Shown: positions 8,960 to 19,700 of the stretch, in pieces
Layout of the letters: every line of letters starts with the position of its first letter
Position numbering within the stretch: position 1 is the stretch's first letter
NCBI GenBank assembly: GCA_047601445.1
Contig: JASGJH010000001.1
Coordinates: 2,592,001 to 2,656,000, forward strand
Direction: 5' to 3'
DNA: 64,000 nt
Origin: Myxococcales bacterium
GTDB taxonomy: Bacteria; Myxococcota_A; Polyangia; Polyangiales; DASUME01
Program-made: the position numbers and the translations under genes
Notes under the pieces: generated by a model
Databases searched by the model: none
Told to the model about the DNA's origin: nothing
The model's input: only the letters and a program-made list of their open reading frames with translations

Positions 8960-11900
8960 ATGGTAACTGGCCTACGCCGAATTCGGCTCCTGGCGCTGGC
9001 ACTCGCCTGTGCAGAGCTCGCCGCCTGCGGCGACAATCTCGCTGACAAGACGCAAGGTGAGCTCGCCGCTCCAGACGCGGCCGCAGACGTAGAGGACGCC
9101 CAAGTTCCCGAGCAAGTCACCGATCTCTCGTGCACGCCCGTAGTCACCTCGGACAACCTCCCAGCGCGCACGGCCGCCATGTCCGAGCGCGGCGGCGGTG
9201 GCGGCGGTTCTGCGGCCGTGACCACCGAGCAGCTCTTCCAGGCCTTCAAGGGGCGCTGCGGCAACTGCCACTCGAGCGGCTCGAATTCAGGCAATTTTGC
9301 GATTCCTCTGGCCTCCAATTTCGCGACCACCTTCGATTCGGTCGTACTTTCGTATATCCAATCGAACGATCCCGACAAGGTGATGCCCCCAATCGACTCA
9401 CCCGAGGGCAAGCTCTACCAGGACCGTGCCGCGGACGACCCTGTGCGCAAATTCGCCGAGCTCACCCAGGCGTGGATCGCTGCGGGCAAGCCTGCCGACG
9501 CCTTCTTCCCACCCGCCGAAGCAACGCCCGTGGGGGTCGGCTTCACTTTGCCGCGCCGCGTGGGTCTGGCCCTGACCAACCTGGGCAATTGCATTCCGAG
9601 CCCGGACCTGGTGGGCACCGAGACCCAGGAGAGCCAAAAGCTCGACGACATGTTCGCGGGTTTGAAGAGCTCCGACGAACTGCCCGATCGCCTCGAAGCA
9701 ACGGATCTCGTCAGCCTCGACTCCGCGGTGCTCGCAAGCCACGGCGTGATCGGCTTTGCCCCCGCCTACACCCTTTGGGCCGACAACGCCAAGAAGATGC
9801 GCGCGGTGCGCGTGCCGCGCGGCAAATCCATCGAATTCGACGCGGCCACGCAGAGCTTCAAAATCCCGGACAACACCCGCTTCTACAAGACCTTCATGCG
9901 CGAGGTCGTGGATCACCGCGGCAACAAGAGCTACCGCAAGGTCGAGACCCGGCTCATCGTCGCGCGCGCGGACATCGAGAAAGAAGGCTGCGATCCGGAG
10001 CCGCAAGCGCTGTTCGGAACCTACGTGTGGAACGAAGCCGAGACCGAGGCCGTGCTCAACAAGGACCGCTTGCGCAACGGCAGCGGCTTCCGCGACCGCC
10101 TCATCACGTACATCACGGACGAGCAAAAGGCCGACGAGCTGATCGCCGAGGGCCCCGAAAACATCCAAGCTGCTCTCGCCGATGCGCACCTTAGCCGCCA
10201 CTACGGCTTGCCCGGAAGTGAGCGTTGCAATCATTGCCACATGGGCTCCGGATCCAAGAGCTTCATCCTTGGCTTCACGCCGCTCCAGATCAATCGACGC
10301 CCGCTGGACCAGGGCGGCGTCATCGAGCCGGCCGAGCGCGATGAACTCAACCAGCTCCAGCGCCTGATCAGCTACGGCGTGATCACCGGGATCGACCCAG
10401 CGCACCTCGATCAAGTCAACCTACTGGAGAACTCCCAGGGCGATCGCAAGCCGCGCAATGACTATGAGCTCAGGGCCCAGGGCTACATGGTCGGCAACTG
10501 CGCCCACTGCCACAACCCGCGCGGTTATCCCTCACGCCTCGCACGCGAGCTGCGGGACGGCCTCATCTTCGCACCCAGCGCCGAGGACGGGCACGGCATC
10601 TTCCAGTTCCCGCTCGACAAGGTCAGCCCACGCATACGCCGCGGCTCCAAGCTCGACCACTCGATCCCGTACCTCTCGCCCTCGCTGTATGACCTCGCTG
10701 GCCAAGGCTACTCGTACAAACTCCACGATGAACTGACCAAGAATCCTGACCATACGGTCGACGCTCCTTGGCGCAGCCTGATCTACCGCAACGTGGACGC
10801 GCCGTTCTCGTACTCGGCCGATTTCGCCATCTTCCCGCACATGCCCATGGACACGCCCGGTTACGACTGCCGCGCCCGTCGCATTCTAGGCTCGTGGATG
10901 GTGAGCATCCCGGCCAAGTTCAAGTACGGGGCACTCGGTTGCGTGGACGCATCGGTCAACCCAAATCGCAACACCATCGACCACCACCTTGGCGAGACGG
11001 AAGTCATCATTCGCACGAGTGACAAGGAGTGGACCTATGGCGAGGCCGTGGGCGGCACTCGGCTCACTTCCGATGAGCTTGACGCCATCGAGCACGATCC
11101 ACAGCAGTACGCAGAGGTCAAACCCAGCGACTCGGACTTCTTGGTGGAGAACCTGCGCGCCCAAGGACGCGTCAAGCAGTTCACGATTAGCTCACGCTAC
11201 AACGACTGCCAGGACCCTAGCGTCGACATGGTCGACCCGGATATTCTGGCGGGCAAGCGTGTGACCCCGTCCAGCGTGCAAGCCTGGCCCCTGCGCGATG
11301 CCGATGGCAAGCCAATGATTGAAGCTGCCCCCGACGCAGGTGTCGATGCTGGGACCTACTATGCCACCTACGACTTCGGCAGCCCGAACGACATAGAGCT
11401 CGGCACCACGGGCATGCCTAGCCACTCGCACTGGTCCGAAACCGACCTCACGGAGACCACATCCAAGTGGGAGCCGCGGCGCTCCGATTGGCAGGACCCC
11501 GTGGTGGACAAGAAGAAGTCTGCCTGGACCGGACACGACGACGACACCTGGGAGTACTCGGCCATCGACTTGCTCGAGAAACTGCCCAAGGTCGCCGACT
11601 ACCGTACGTTTGCCACCACCGATCTGCCGGTCACGCACTGGCTCGCGAAGCCCGAGTGCGATCTCTCAGCGCAGCCCAAGGACTCGACGTTCACGGGCGC
11701 GCAACGGATGCGCTGGATGGGCGCGGAAGGCTCCTCCGACACCCCCGTGTACATGCAGTCGCCAGGCGCCTTCGTGTTCGGCCAGGTTTGTTCGAGCTGT
11801 CATGGCCCGAAGGCAGACTCCAAGGGCCGCCAGGCCGCGACCATCGCCGACATGACGGCGGGCGAGACGCGCGTCGCGAACCTGCGCGACGGTTTGCTCG

Positions 11901-12862
11901 GACCACCCGGAGCAGCCGGCGGCAACATTGCGCGCATCTTCGATGTGGGCAGCGGCGTAGCCGCCGAAGACTGGGCCGCGCGCTACGTGGTGTGGATGGG
12001 CTTGGGTGGAACGACACGAACCATCCCAGCACCGGTGTTGGGTCTCGTGTTCAACAACAACGTCTTCGGCGAGCCCCGCGGTGGCGGCACCACGATTGCG
12101 GCTACTGACGCCAACATGCTCACCGTGCCACGCAAGCTGTGTCAGAATTTGCTCGACGCGAGCGAGGGCCTCACCTCCTCAGGCTTCACTCTGAGCGGAG
12201 ATCCCAACTCAGATGCCGTGTGGGGCGTACGCGATCCTTATGCCCATGGAAGCGCCAAAGATGTGCTGCTCTCCACGAGCGGCGATCGCGAGATGTGGGA
12301 GCGCATTTGCTCCTTCCAGAATCTAAAGCCTCTGATCGTCGTGGAGCCGGTCTACGGCAAGGATGAAGCCAAGAACCTCATCGTGAGCTCGCTGAAAGTG
12401 AACTTTGCGCCCCGCGAGTCCTATGGGAGCACTCGTGCCGTGGGCGATCCACGCCGCGTCGATGCCTCTGGGCAACCCCTCAACGGCATTTCAGCCGGTA
12501 TCCACGACGACAATCCCGAGCCCTGGTGCATCGTCAATCCCACGGGTGCTCAAGCAGACGCGCTCAATGCGTACCTGGCGGCCCTTGATGCCTCGAAGGC
12601 CCCCCTCTGCCCCCCCGAGCTGCAACCCGGTACGACTGCGATGCTGAACTACGACCTTCCTTCGGTGGCAGAGAACCCAGACCAAAAGACAGGCCGCGCG
12701 TCGATGGAAATCTGGAGCATCCGTGGCGCCATGAACGCGGGCCTCGCCGTGTACCTCTATCTCGAAGCGCTCACGCACGGGAAGCCCGCGGCGGTGCCCT
12801 ACGACCACTGCGAAGAGCTCAACGTCACCGACACGGGCGCTGAAGTGATGTGCGGGCCCTGA
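8960..12862 (+). CDS. Large multiheme (4x CxxCH) cytochrome c lipoprotein; central part resembles SO2930-family diheme cytochromes
   Basis: Lipobox LAA-C; CGNCH, CNHCH, CAHCH, CSSCH; motifs LWADNAKK, FYKTF, VETRLIV, YVWN, NCAHCHNPRG. Confidence 0.8.
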   Translation: MVTGLRRIRLLALALACAELAACGDNLADKTQGELAAPDAAADVEDAQVPEQVTDLSCTPVVTSDNLPARTAAMSERGGGGGGSAAVTTEQLFQAFKGRCGNCHSSGSNSGNFAIPLASNFATTFDSVVLSYIQSNDPDKVMPPIDSPEGKLYQDRAADDPVRKFAELTQAWIAAGKPADAFFPPAEATPVGVGFTLPRRVGLALTNLGNCIPSPDLVGTETQESQKLDDMFAGLKSSDELPDRLEATDLVSLDSAVLASHGVIGFAPAYTLWADNAKKMRAVRVPRGKSIEFDAATQSFKIPDNTRFYKTFMREVVDHRGNKSYRKVETRLIVARADIEKEGCDPEPQALFGTYVWNEAETEAVLNKDRLRNGSGFRDRLITYITDEQKADELIAEGPENIQAALADAHLSRHYGLPGSERCNHCHMGSGSKSFILGFTPLQINRRPLDQGGVIEPAERDELNQLQRLISYGVITGIDPAHLDQVNLLENSQGDRKPRNDYELRAQGYMVGNCAHCHNPRGYPSRLARELRDGLIFAPSAEDGHGIFQFPLDKVSPRIRRGSKLDHSIPYLSPSLYDLAGQGYSYKLHDELTKNPDHTVDAPWRSLIYRNVDAPFSYSADFAIFPHMPMDTPGYDCRARRILGSWMVSIPAKFKYGALGCVDASVNPNRNTIDHHLGETEVIIRTSDKEWTYGEAVGGTRLTSDELDAIEHDPQQYAEVKPSDSDFLVENLRAQGRVKQFTISSRYNDCQDPSVDMVDPDILAGKRVTPSSVQAWPLRDADGKPMIEAAPDAGVDAGTYYATYDFGSPNDIELGTTGMPSHSHWSETDLTETTSKWEPRRSDWQDPVVDKKKSAWTGHDDDTWEYSAIDLLEKLPKVADYRTFATTDLPVTHWLAKPECDLSAQPKDSTFTGAQRMRWMGAEGSSDTPVYMQSPGAFVFGQVCSSCHGPKADSKGRQAATIADMTAGETRVANLRDGLLGPPGAAGGNIARIFDVGSGVAAEDWAARYVVWMGLGGTTRTIPAPVLGLVFNNNVFGEPRGGGTTIAATDANMLTVPRKLCQNLLDASEGLTSSGFTLSGDPNSDAVWGVRDPYAHGSAKDVLLSTSGDREMWERICSFQNLKPLIVVEPVYGKDEAKNLIVSSLKVNFAPRESYGSTRAVGDPRRVDASGQPLNGISAGIHDDNPEPWCIVNPTGAQADALNAYLAALDASKAPLCPPELQPGTTAMLNYDLPSVAENPDQKTGRASMEIWSIRGAMNAGLAVYLYLEALTHGKPAAVPYDHCEELNVTDTGAEVMCGP

Positions 12863-12890
12863 GCGCCGCGGGTCCACGCGAGGAGCAACC

Positions 12891-14858
12891 ATGGCGATCT
12901 CTCAAACCGCCGATCAGCTCCTGGCGACGGGCCTCGCGCACCATCGCCAGGGAGATCACAAGGCAGCCGAGCGTTGCTATCGCGCCGTCTTGCAGGACCG
13001 GCCGACGCACACACAGGCGCTCTACCTGAGCAGCGTGATCGCGCTCGAATCAGGGCGCTTCGACGACGCAGTCGCCTTGTTGGAATCGGCCGTCGCTCAA
13101 GCGCCCAAACAGGTCGTGCTGTGGTGCAACTTGGGAGAGGCCCTGCGGCGCTCCGGCCGCCTGGAGAGCGCAACGGCTAGCCTGGAACGCGCAGTCGAGT
13201 TGGGCCCGGAGCACGCGGAGGCCCACGCCAACCTGGGTCTGACCTTCTTTCAGCGTCGCAAGTGGGCCCAGGCCGCTGCCTGCTGTCAGCTCGCGCTGAG
13301 CTTGAATCCGGCGCTGTCCATGTGCAGCGAGCTGCTGATCGACTCCTTGCGTGAGCTCGGAGAGCACACACGCGCGTGCGCTGCCTACGAACGCTTCGCT
13401 GCGGCCAACCGCGGTAGCAGCGGAGTCCATGTGGCCATTGCACGGGTCCTGCTCGCGCTGGGTCGGGTAGACGCAGCCGTGACGCATTGCGAAGCAGCGC
13501 TTACCGCGGGTCCCCGCAGCGCCCACGCGCTGAGTGTCCAGGCGCTCGCCGTGAGTGCTCGCGGAGAGGCCACGCGCGCCACGCGTCTGCTGCGCGAAGC
13601 CATCGCGCTCGAACCTGCGAACGCCCCGATCCACAGCCACCTCGTGTTTTCCCTGATGTACGACCCTGCGGTCGAGTCCGACGAGATCGCCCAGGAAGCC
13701 CGCAGCTACCAGGCTCGCCATCTGCGCGCGATTCCGCGCGTCGAGCACTCTCGCGCCCAAGACCCCGAGCGACGACTGCGCATTGGCTACGTTTCGGGTG
13801 ACTTCAAGCTGCACGCGGCGACGATGTTCATGTTGCCCCTGCTGCGGCACCATGATCGTTCGGAGTTCGACTTCCACTGCTACGCCAACGTGAGCCAGCC
13901 CGACGCGGTGACCGAGGACTTCCAGGCGCTGGCCGACGTGTACCGCGACATCGTCGCCCTCGATGACGCCTCCGCGGCACGCCTGATCCGCGACGACCGC
14001 GTCGACATCCTCGTCGATCTCAGCATGCACTCGGAGGGCCACCGCCTGGGGGTCTTCGCCCACAAGCCCGCGCCCGTTCAGGTCTCCTGGCTGGCGTATC
14101 CGGGCACCACCGGGGTCTCGGCCATCGACTATCGGCTGACCGATCTGCAGCTCGATCCCGCAGGAGCAGTCGAGCAGGAATCCTACACCGAGCGCCCCTG
14201 GCATTTGCCGCACAGCTTCTGGTGCTACGACCCGCTGGTCGAAGGCATCTTCCCGAATGCACCGCCGGCCCTCACGGCTGGTCACGTCACGTTCGGCAGC
14301 CTGAACAATCACCGCAAGGTCAACGACCTCACGCTCACGCTCTGGGCGCGTGTGTTGGCCGCCGTGCCCGGCTCTCGCTTCCTGATGCTGGCGCCGGAAG
14401 GTGAAGCGCGCGTGCGCGCACTCTCGACCTTCGCGCGCTTCGGGGTCGAAGAAGATCGCGTGACGTTCGTGGCAGCGGGCATGCGACGCGACGTCTACCT
14501 GCGGACCTATCATCGCATCGACTGCTGTCTCGACGCGCTGCCCTTTCATGGCGGAACCACGAGCTTCGACGCCTGGTGGATGGGCGTGCCCGTGATCAGC
14601 TTGGTCGGGAAGACGGTGGTCGGTCGCATGGGCGCAAGCATCGCTTGCAACCTTCGTGTGACGAACCTCGTCGCGCACTCTTCCGAGGAATACGTGGCCT
14701 GCGCAGCCTCGTTAGCGCGTGACCTCGGTGAGCTCGCAACGCTTCGAAAAGAATTGCGAACTCGCATGGAATCCTCGGTATTGATGGACGCTTCGCGTTT
14801 CGCGCGGGAGCTCGAGGTCAGCTATCGCGAGATGTGGCGACAATGGTGTCTGGGCTAG
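12891..14858 (+). CDS. TPR-containing GT41 (SPINDLY/O-GlcNAc transferase-like) glycosyltransferase
   Basis: N-terminal TPRs; LRIGYVSGDF..H, DILVDLSMH, PAPVQVSWLAYPGTTG, TFGSLNN..K, D..PFHGGTTS, WMGVPV. Confidence 0.9.
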   Translation: MAISQTADQLLATGLAHHRQGDHKAAERCYRAVLQDRPTHTQALYLSSVIALESGRFDDAVALLESAVAQAPKQVVLWCNLGEALRRSGRLESATASLERAVELGPEHAEAHANLGLTFFQRRKWAQAAACCQLALSLNPALSMCSELLIDSLRELGEHTRACAAYERFAAANRGSSGVHVAIARVLLALGRVDAAVTHCEAALTAGPRSAHALSVQALAVSARGEATRATRLLREAIALEPANAPIHSHLVFSLMYDPAVESDEIAQEARSYQARHLRAIPRVEHSRAQDPERRLRIGYVSGDFKLHAATMFMLPLLRHHDRSEFDFHCYANVSQPDAVTEDFQALADVYRDIVALDDASAARLIRDDRVDILVDLSMHSEGHRLGVFAHKPAPVQVSWLAYPGTTGVSAIDYRLTDLQLDPAGAVEQESYTERPWHLPHSFWCYDPLVEGIFPNAPPALTAGHVTFGSLNNHRKVNDLTLTLWARVLAAVPGSRFLMLAPEGEARVRALSTFARFGVEEDRVTFVAAGMRRDVYLRTYHRIDCCLDALPFHGGTTSFDAWWMGVPVISLVGKTVVGRMGASIACNLRVTNLVAHSSEEYVACAASLARDLGELATLRKELRTRMESSVLMDASRFARELEVSYREMWRQWCLG

Positions 14859-14907
14859 CTTTGGGGATCACCCCCAGACGGGGAAACGTTGCGCGTTTCA
14901 CCCACTC

Positions 14908-14941
14908 TTGGCACCAAACCGTCACAAACCATCACTACTTC
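14908..14941 (+). promoter_or_regulatory. Pho-box-like promoter for the 14983 lipoprotein gene
   Basis: ttGGCACcaaa ccGTCACaaac catcac TACTTC. Confidence 0.7.
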
Positions 14942-14982
14942 AGGGGCACACAAACTCTCGAACCTAGACGGAGTCGATACGA

Positions 14983-16461
14983 ATGACGATGCTCAAGCGC
15001 ACCCTCCTGGCTCTCACGCTGGCGAGCTCCACCGCACAACTCGCCGCTTGCGGCAGCGATGAACCTTCGGACGGCCCTTCGCACCAGGGCGACGGCGACG
15101 GCGACGGCGATGCCAGCATCCCGACGGGCGACGGCGACGCTGGCAACCAGGGCGACGGTGGGACGACCCCCGAAGGCGAGAAGGGCCCCGAGCTTCCCTC
15201 CTGCCCCTCCGATCCTCACATCACGGCCGACGCCACCAACAAGGTCTGCCTGATCAGCGCGCCCAAGGGCAACGAGATCAAGACCAACCTCACGCTCAGC
15301 CGCGTGAAGGACTACAAGGGCTACGTGTTCCAGGGTGTCGTGTACGTCGGTGAAGACGTCGGCCACGACGCGACCCCGGCCGCTGGCAAGGCCCAGGCGA
15401 CCCTCACCATCACGCCCGGCACCGACCTGGCCGGCCTCGACAACACCTCCGGTCTCGCCATCAACCGCGGCTCCAAGCTGATCGCCGAAGGCCTCAAGAC
15501 CGCGCCCATCACCTTCACCAGCGTCAACGCGCTGCTCGGCACCGGCGTCGCGGCGCCCACCGACTGGGGTGGCGTCGTGCTGATGGGCCGCGCCACGCAG
15601 AACGTCGGCGTGGACCCCGTCACCGAGCTCGACACCGGCTCCTACGGCGGCGCTGACGACCACGACAACAGCGGCTCGCTCAAGTACGTCCGCGTGATGT
15701 TCTCCGGCGCGCGCAGCTCCAAGGAGAAGGAGTTCAACGGCATCACGCTCTACGCGGTCGGCGACGCCACCAAGATCGAGTACGTGCAGGTCCACGCGGG
15801 CAGCGACGACGGCATCGAGTTCTTCGGCGGCACGGTGAACGTCAAGCACGTCGTGATCAGCGGCGGCGGCGACGACAACCTCGACTGGACCGATGGCTGG
15901 CGCGGCAAGGCCCAGTTCGTGCTCGCCAAGCAGGTCCCGAACTTCGGTGACAACGGCCTCGAGGCCGACAACCAGAAGACCAACAACTCCCTCATCCCCG
16001 TGTCCGAGCCCACGCTGGCCAACCTGACCTTCCTGGGCCAGGTCACGGCCCCCGGCGAGAGCGGTCCCAACGGCTTCCTGCTGCGCGCCGGAACCAAGGG
16101 CCACATCTACAGCGCCGTGGCCACCAACTTCAAGAACAGCTGCGTCAACGTCGACGGCGACGTGAGCCAGGCTTTCGTGGGCACCGACGCCCTCACGATG
16201 GTGTCCAGCCGCATCTCCTGCTCCGTGAGCTACCTCGGCAAGGGCGAGCAGCTCTTCACGGGCTCTGCCACCAACCAGGTGCTGCCCTCGGCCGACGTGT
16301 TCGACAACGCCTACATGCCCAAGGCCGACTCCGGCCTGCTCACCGGCGGCACCGTCCCGGCCAACGATCCCTTCTTCGAGAACGTGCCCTACATCGGCGC
16401 GTTCGGCACCGAAGACTGGACCGCCGGCTGGACCGCGTACCCCGACTTCCAGCCCAAGTGA
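14983..16461 (+). CDS. Surface lipoprotein, probable beta-helix fold, of a type found next to TonB-dependent receptors
   Basis: Lipobox LAA-C; motifs DWGGVVLMG, DNSGSLKYVRV, NGITL, DDGIEFFGGTVN, GDDNLDWTDGWRG, GAFGTEDWTAGWT; GDGDGD linker. Confidence 0.8.
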   Translation: MTMLKRTLLALTLASSTAQLAACGSDEPSDGPSHQGDGDGDGDASIPTGDGDAGNQGDGGTTPEGEKGPELPSCPSDPHITADATNKVCLISAPKGNEIKTNLTLSRVKDYKGYVFQGVVYVGEDVGHDATPAAGKAQATLTITPGTDLAGLDNTSGLAINRGSKLIAEGLKTAPITFTSVNALLGTGVAAPTDWGGVVLMGRATQNVGVDPVTELDTGSYGGADDHDNSGSLKYVRVMFSGARSSKEKEFNGITLYAVGDATKIEYVQVHAGSDDGIEFFGGTVNVKHVVISGGGDDNLDWTDGWRGKAQFVLAKQVPNFGDNGLEADNQKTNNSLIPVSEPTLANLTFLGQVTAPGESGPNGFLLRAGTKGHIYSAVATNFKNSCVNVDGDVSQAFVGTDALTMVSSRISCSVSYLGKGEQLFTGSATNQVLPSADVFDNAYMPKADSGLLTGGTVPANDPFFENVPYIGAFGTEDWTAGWTAYPDFQPK

Positions 16462-16510
16462 CCTGACCTCGTGAGAGCCCCCAAAGGCCCCTCACGCGCA
16501 GGTTGAACCC

Positions 16511-16550
16511 GAAGCGGCCGCCATTTCATGGCAGGCCGCTTCTTCGTTTT
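16511..16550 (+). terminator. Intrinsic terminator
   Basis: gaagcggccgccat-ttc-atggcaggccgcttc followed by ttcgtttt. Confidence 0.75.
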
Positions 16551-16683
16551 GTGACGAAACGAAGGCAACGCGGAGATCGCGCCCCGGCCCCGCGATCACG
16601 CCGGAAAAGCCCTGCTTATTCGAATGACTCCCGTGGCACAGACATTTCGGAGTCGGTCGAAACGTTGCTGCCATTCCGCCATT

Positions 16684-16717
16684 TAGCAACACAGTTGTCA
16701 CAAAGCGGCCTTAGAAG
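16684..16717 (+). promoter_or_regulatory. Pho-box-like promoter for the TonB-dependent receptor
   Basis: taGCAACacag ttGTCACaaag cggcct TAGAAG. Confidence 0.6.
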
Positions 16718-16756
16718 CTGGCCTGCACCCCACATCGGGTACGGCTCAATCCTCGC

Positions 16757-19700
16757 GTGGAGCCCCCGCTGCGCGAGGTGACCCCGCCCGTGCTGGGCAT
16801 GAGGAGGCTCGCTTTGTCTGCCCTACGATCGTTGTCTGCTGCGCTGCTGATTTTGTGTGGGTCTTTACTGGGTGCACAGCACGTCCGTGCTCAGCCCACC
16901 GTCGAAGCAGCCCAGCAAGAACAAGGTGCCGTGCACCTGGTGCTCTTCGGCACCTCCGACCAGCTCCTCGCGGGAGTCACCGTCGAGATCGATGGCCAGA
17001 GCGCCCAGACGGCTCAGGACGGCAGCGTCACCGCGACGCCGACGCCTGGTACGCACAAGCTTCGCCTGCGCGTGCCGCACGCTCTGGTGCCCGAGGCGCC
17101 CACGCAGGATGCCGAGTGGGTCGTCGACGTGTCCGACGTTGCCGTGCTGGCCAATCAGACCACCGAGGTGATGGTCACGTTGAGCCCCTCGGGCGGCATC
17201 GCCGGCCTCGACATCCAGGCGCCCGAGGCCGCTGGCGGCAGCCACAGCCTGCAGCGCGAGTTCCAGGAGAAGGTCGCCGAGCAACCGGCCGGCACCATCC
17301 AGGGCACCGTGACGGCCAAGGAAGATGGCAGCCCCGTGGCGGGCGCGCGTGTCTACGTGCGCGGCGCGCCCGTGGAGACCGCGACCGATGACAACGGCTT
17401 TTTCACGCTCACCATGCCGGCGGGCAAGTGTCAGCTCGCGGTGGTGCATCCCTCGTATGCGACGCAATCGGTGCCCGACGTGGAAGTGCGCGGCGGTAAG
17501 GTCAACGCGGTCACGGCGCAGCTGAGCCCTGCCTCGATGGAAATCGACGAGTTCCTGGTCACCGCGCCGCACATCGAGGGCGGTATCGCGAGCTTGATCT
17601 CCGAGCGACGCGAGAGCTCCAACGTGGCCGACGTGATCGGCGCCGAGCAGATGTCCCGCTCGGGTGCCACCAACGCCGCCTCCGCGCTGTCGCGCGTCAC
17701 GGGCCTCACCGTGGTCGACGGCAAGTTCGTGGTCGTGCGCGGTATGGGCGAGCGCTACTCGAGCATGCTCGTGAACAACATGTTCGTGCCGAGCCCCGAG
17801 CCCACCCGTCGCGTGGTGCCGCTCGATCTGTTCCCGGCCGGCATCCTCGATAGCGTGGTCGTGCAGAAGACCTTCTCGCCCGACGCACCGGCGGAGTTCG
17901 GCGGCGGCGTGATCCAGCTGCGTACCCGCAGCTATCCGGACCGCTTCATGGCCAACGTCTCGGTGGGTGGCGGCGTCAACTCGCAGTCCACCTTCCGCAA
18001 CAACCTCAACTACAGCGGCGGCAAGCGCGACTACCTCGGCATCGACGACGGCAATCGCGCGCTGCCGGGACCCATCGATCACTCCAAGAAGATCACCAAG
18101 TTCAACGCGCTGACGGGCGGCTACACGGACGAGGAGCGCGCCAAGTACGGCAAGATGCTGCGCAACGATCTGCAGGAGAAGCGCGAGCGCACGCTGCCCG
18201 ACCTCACGCTGACGGGCTCCATCGGCAACCGCTGGAACCTGCGCCACGCCAAGATCGGCTTCGTGGCGGCGCTCGGCTACCGCAGCCAGACGCGCGCCCT
18301 GCGCGACAGCCTGCTGCGCAGCGTGACCAACACCGGCTCCAAGCTGCAGATCGACAACGACCTGCGCGTGAACAACACGGAGCGCCAGATCTCCACCAGC
18401 GGCTTCCTGGACTGGGGCGTCGAGTTCTCGGAGCGCAACAAGCTCAAGTTCACCAGCATGCTGCTGCGTCAGACCGACGACACCACCACGCAGCTGAGCG
18501 GCAAGTTCGGCACCGGCGGCGGCAGCACCACGCCCGACAGCGTGCAGACCCGGCTCGGCTGGATCGAGCGTCAGCTCTTCGATCAGCAGATCTCCGGCAA
18601 GCACATCATCCCCAAGCTGAACGACTTCCAGCTCGACTGGCGCTACTCGTTCGCTCAGGCCAACCGCAACGAGCCCGACCGCCGCGACTACTTCTACAGC
18701 GACAATGGCTCGGGCAGCTTCGAGCTGTCGCAGGCCGCCGGCGACTACGAGCGCCAGTGGGGCACGCTCACGGACCGCACCTATCAGGTGGGCCTCGACC
18801 TCACCCAGCCCATCAACATCTGGTCGCAGCTCAAGGCCAAGGCCAAGGTGGGCGGCCTAGTGTACTGGCGCAACCGCGACTCGCACGTGCGCCGCTTCGA
18901 GTTCCAGGGCGGGCTCGACCCGATGACCCTGGCCAAGCCCATCAACCAGATCTACACGCCCCAGCGCATCGACTCGGGCGCCGTGAACCTGATCGAGACC
19001 ACCTTCGCCCAGGACTCCTATACCGCCAAGATGCAGCTCAACGCGGCCTACGCGATGCTCGAGCTGCCGCTGCTGAAGAACCTCGACATCATGGGCGGCG
19101 CCCGAGTGGAGCAGGCCATCATCTCGGTGACCAGCTTCGACCAGTTCAACCCGCTGGCCGGCGCCGAAAAGGCCGAGCTCAGCAAGACGCCCGACGTGCT
19201 GCCCGCCATCACGGCCACCTGGCGCTTCGCCGAAGACTTCCAGCTGCGCGCTGGCTACGGCAAGACCGTGAACCGCCCCGATCTGCGCGAGCTCTCGACG
19301 TCGTCCTACTACGACATCGAGACCGCCAGCACCTTCGCCGGTGTGCCCACGCTCAAGCGCGCCTTGATCGACAACGTGGACGGCCGCCTCGAGTACTACT
19401 TCAGCAGCGACGAAGTGTTCTCGGTGGGTGCCTTCTACAAGCGCTTCAAGGACCCGATCGAGACCGTGTTCCGCAACTCGGCGGACGTGCTGTACACGTT
19501 GCAGAACTCGGACAAGGCGCGCCTGTTCGGCCTCGAGATCGAAGGTCGCAAGCGCCTGGGCTTCCTCGCCGAAGCGCTCGACACCCTGTTCATCGCGGGC
19601 AACTTCTCCTGGATCGACTCCGAGGTGACCTACACCCCGGACGGCCTCAAGAAGACCTCGCGCCCGCTGCAGAGCCAGAGCCCCTGGGTCGTGAACGCCC

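Noticed and set aside
16633..16650. TGGCAC as a sigma54 promoter upstream of the TonB receptor
   Set aside because: The -12 position reads TTTC rather than TTGC
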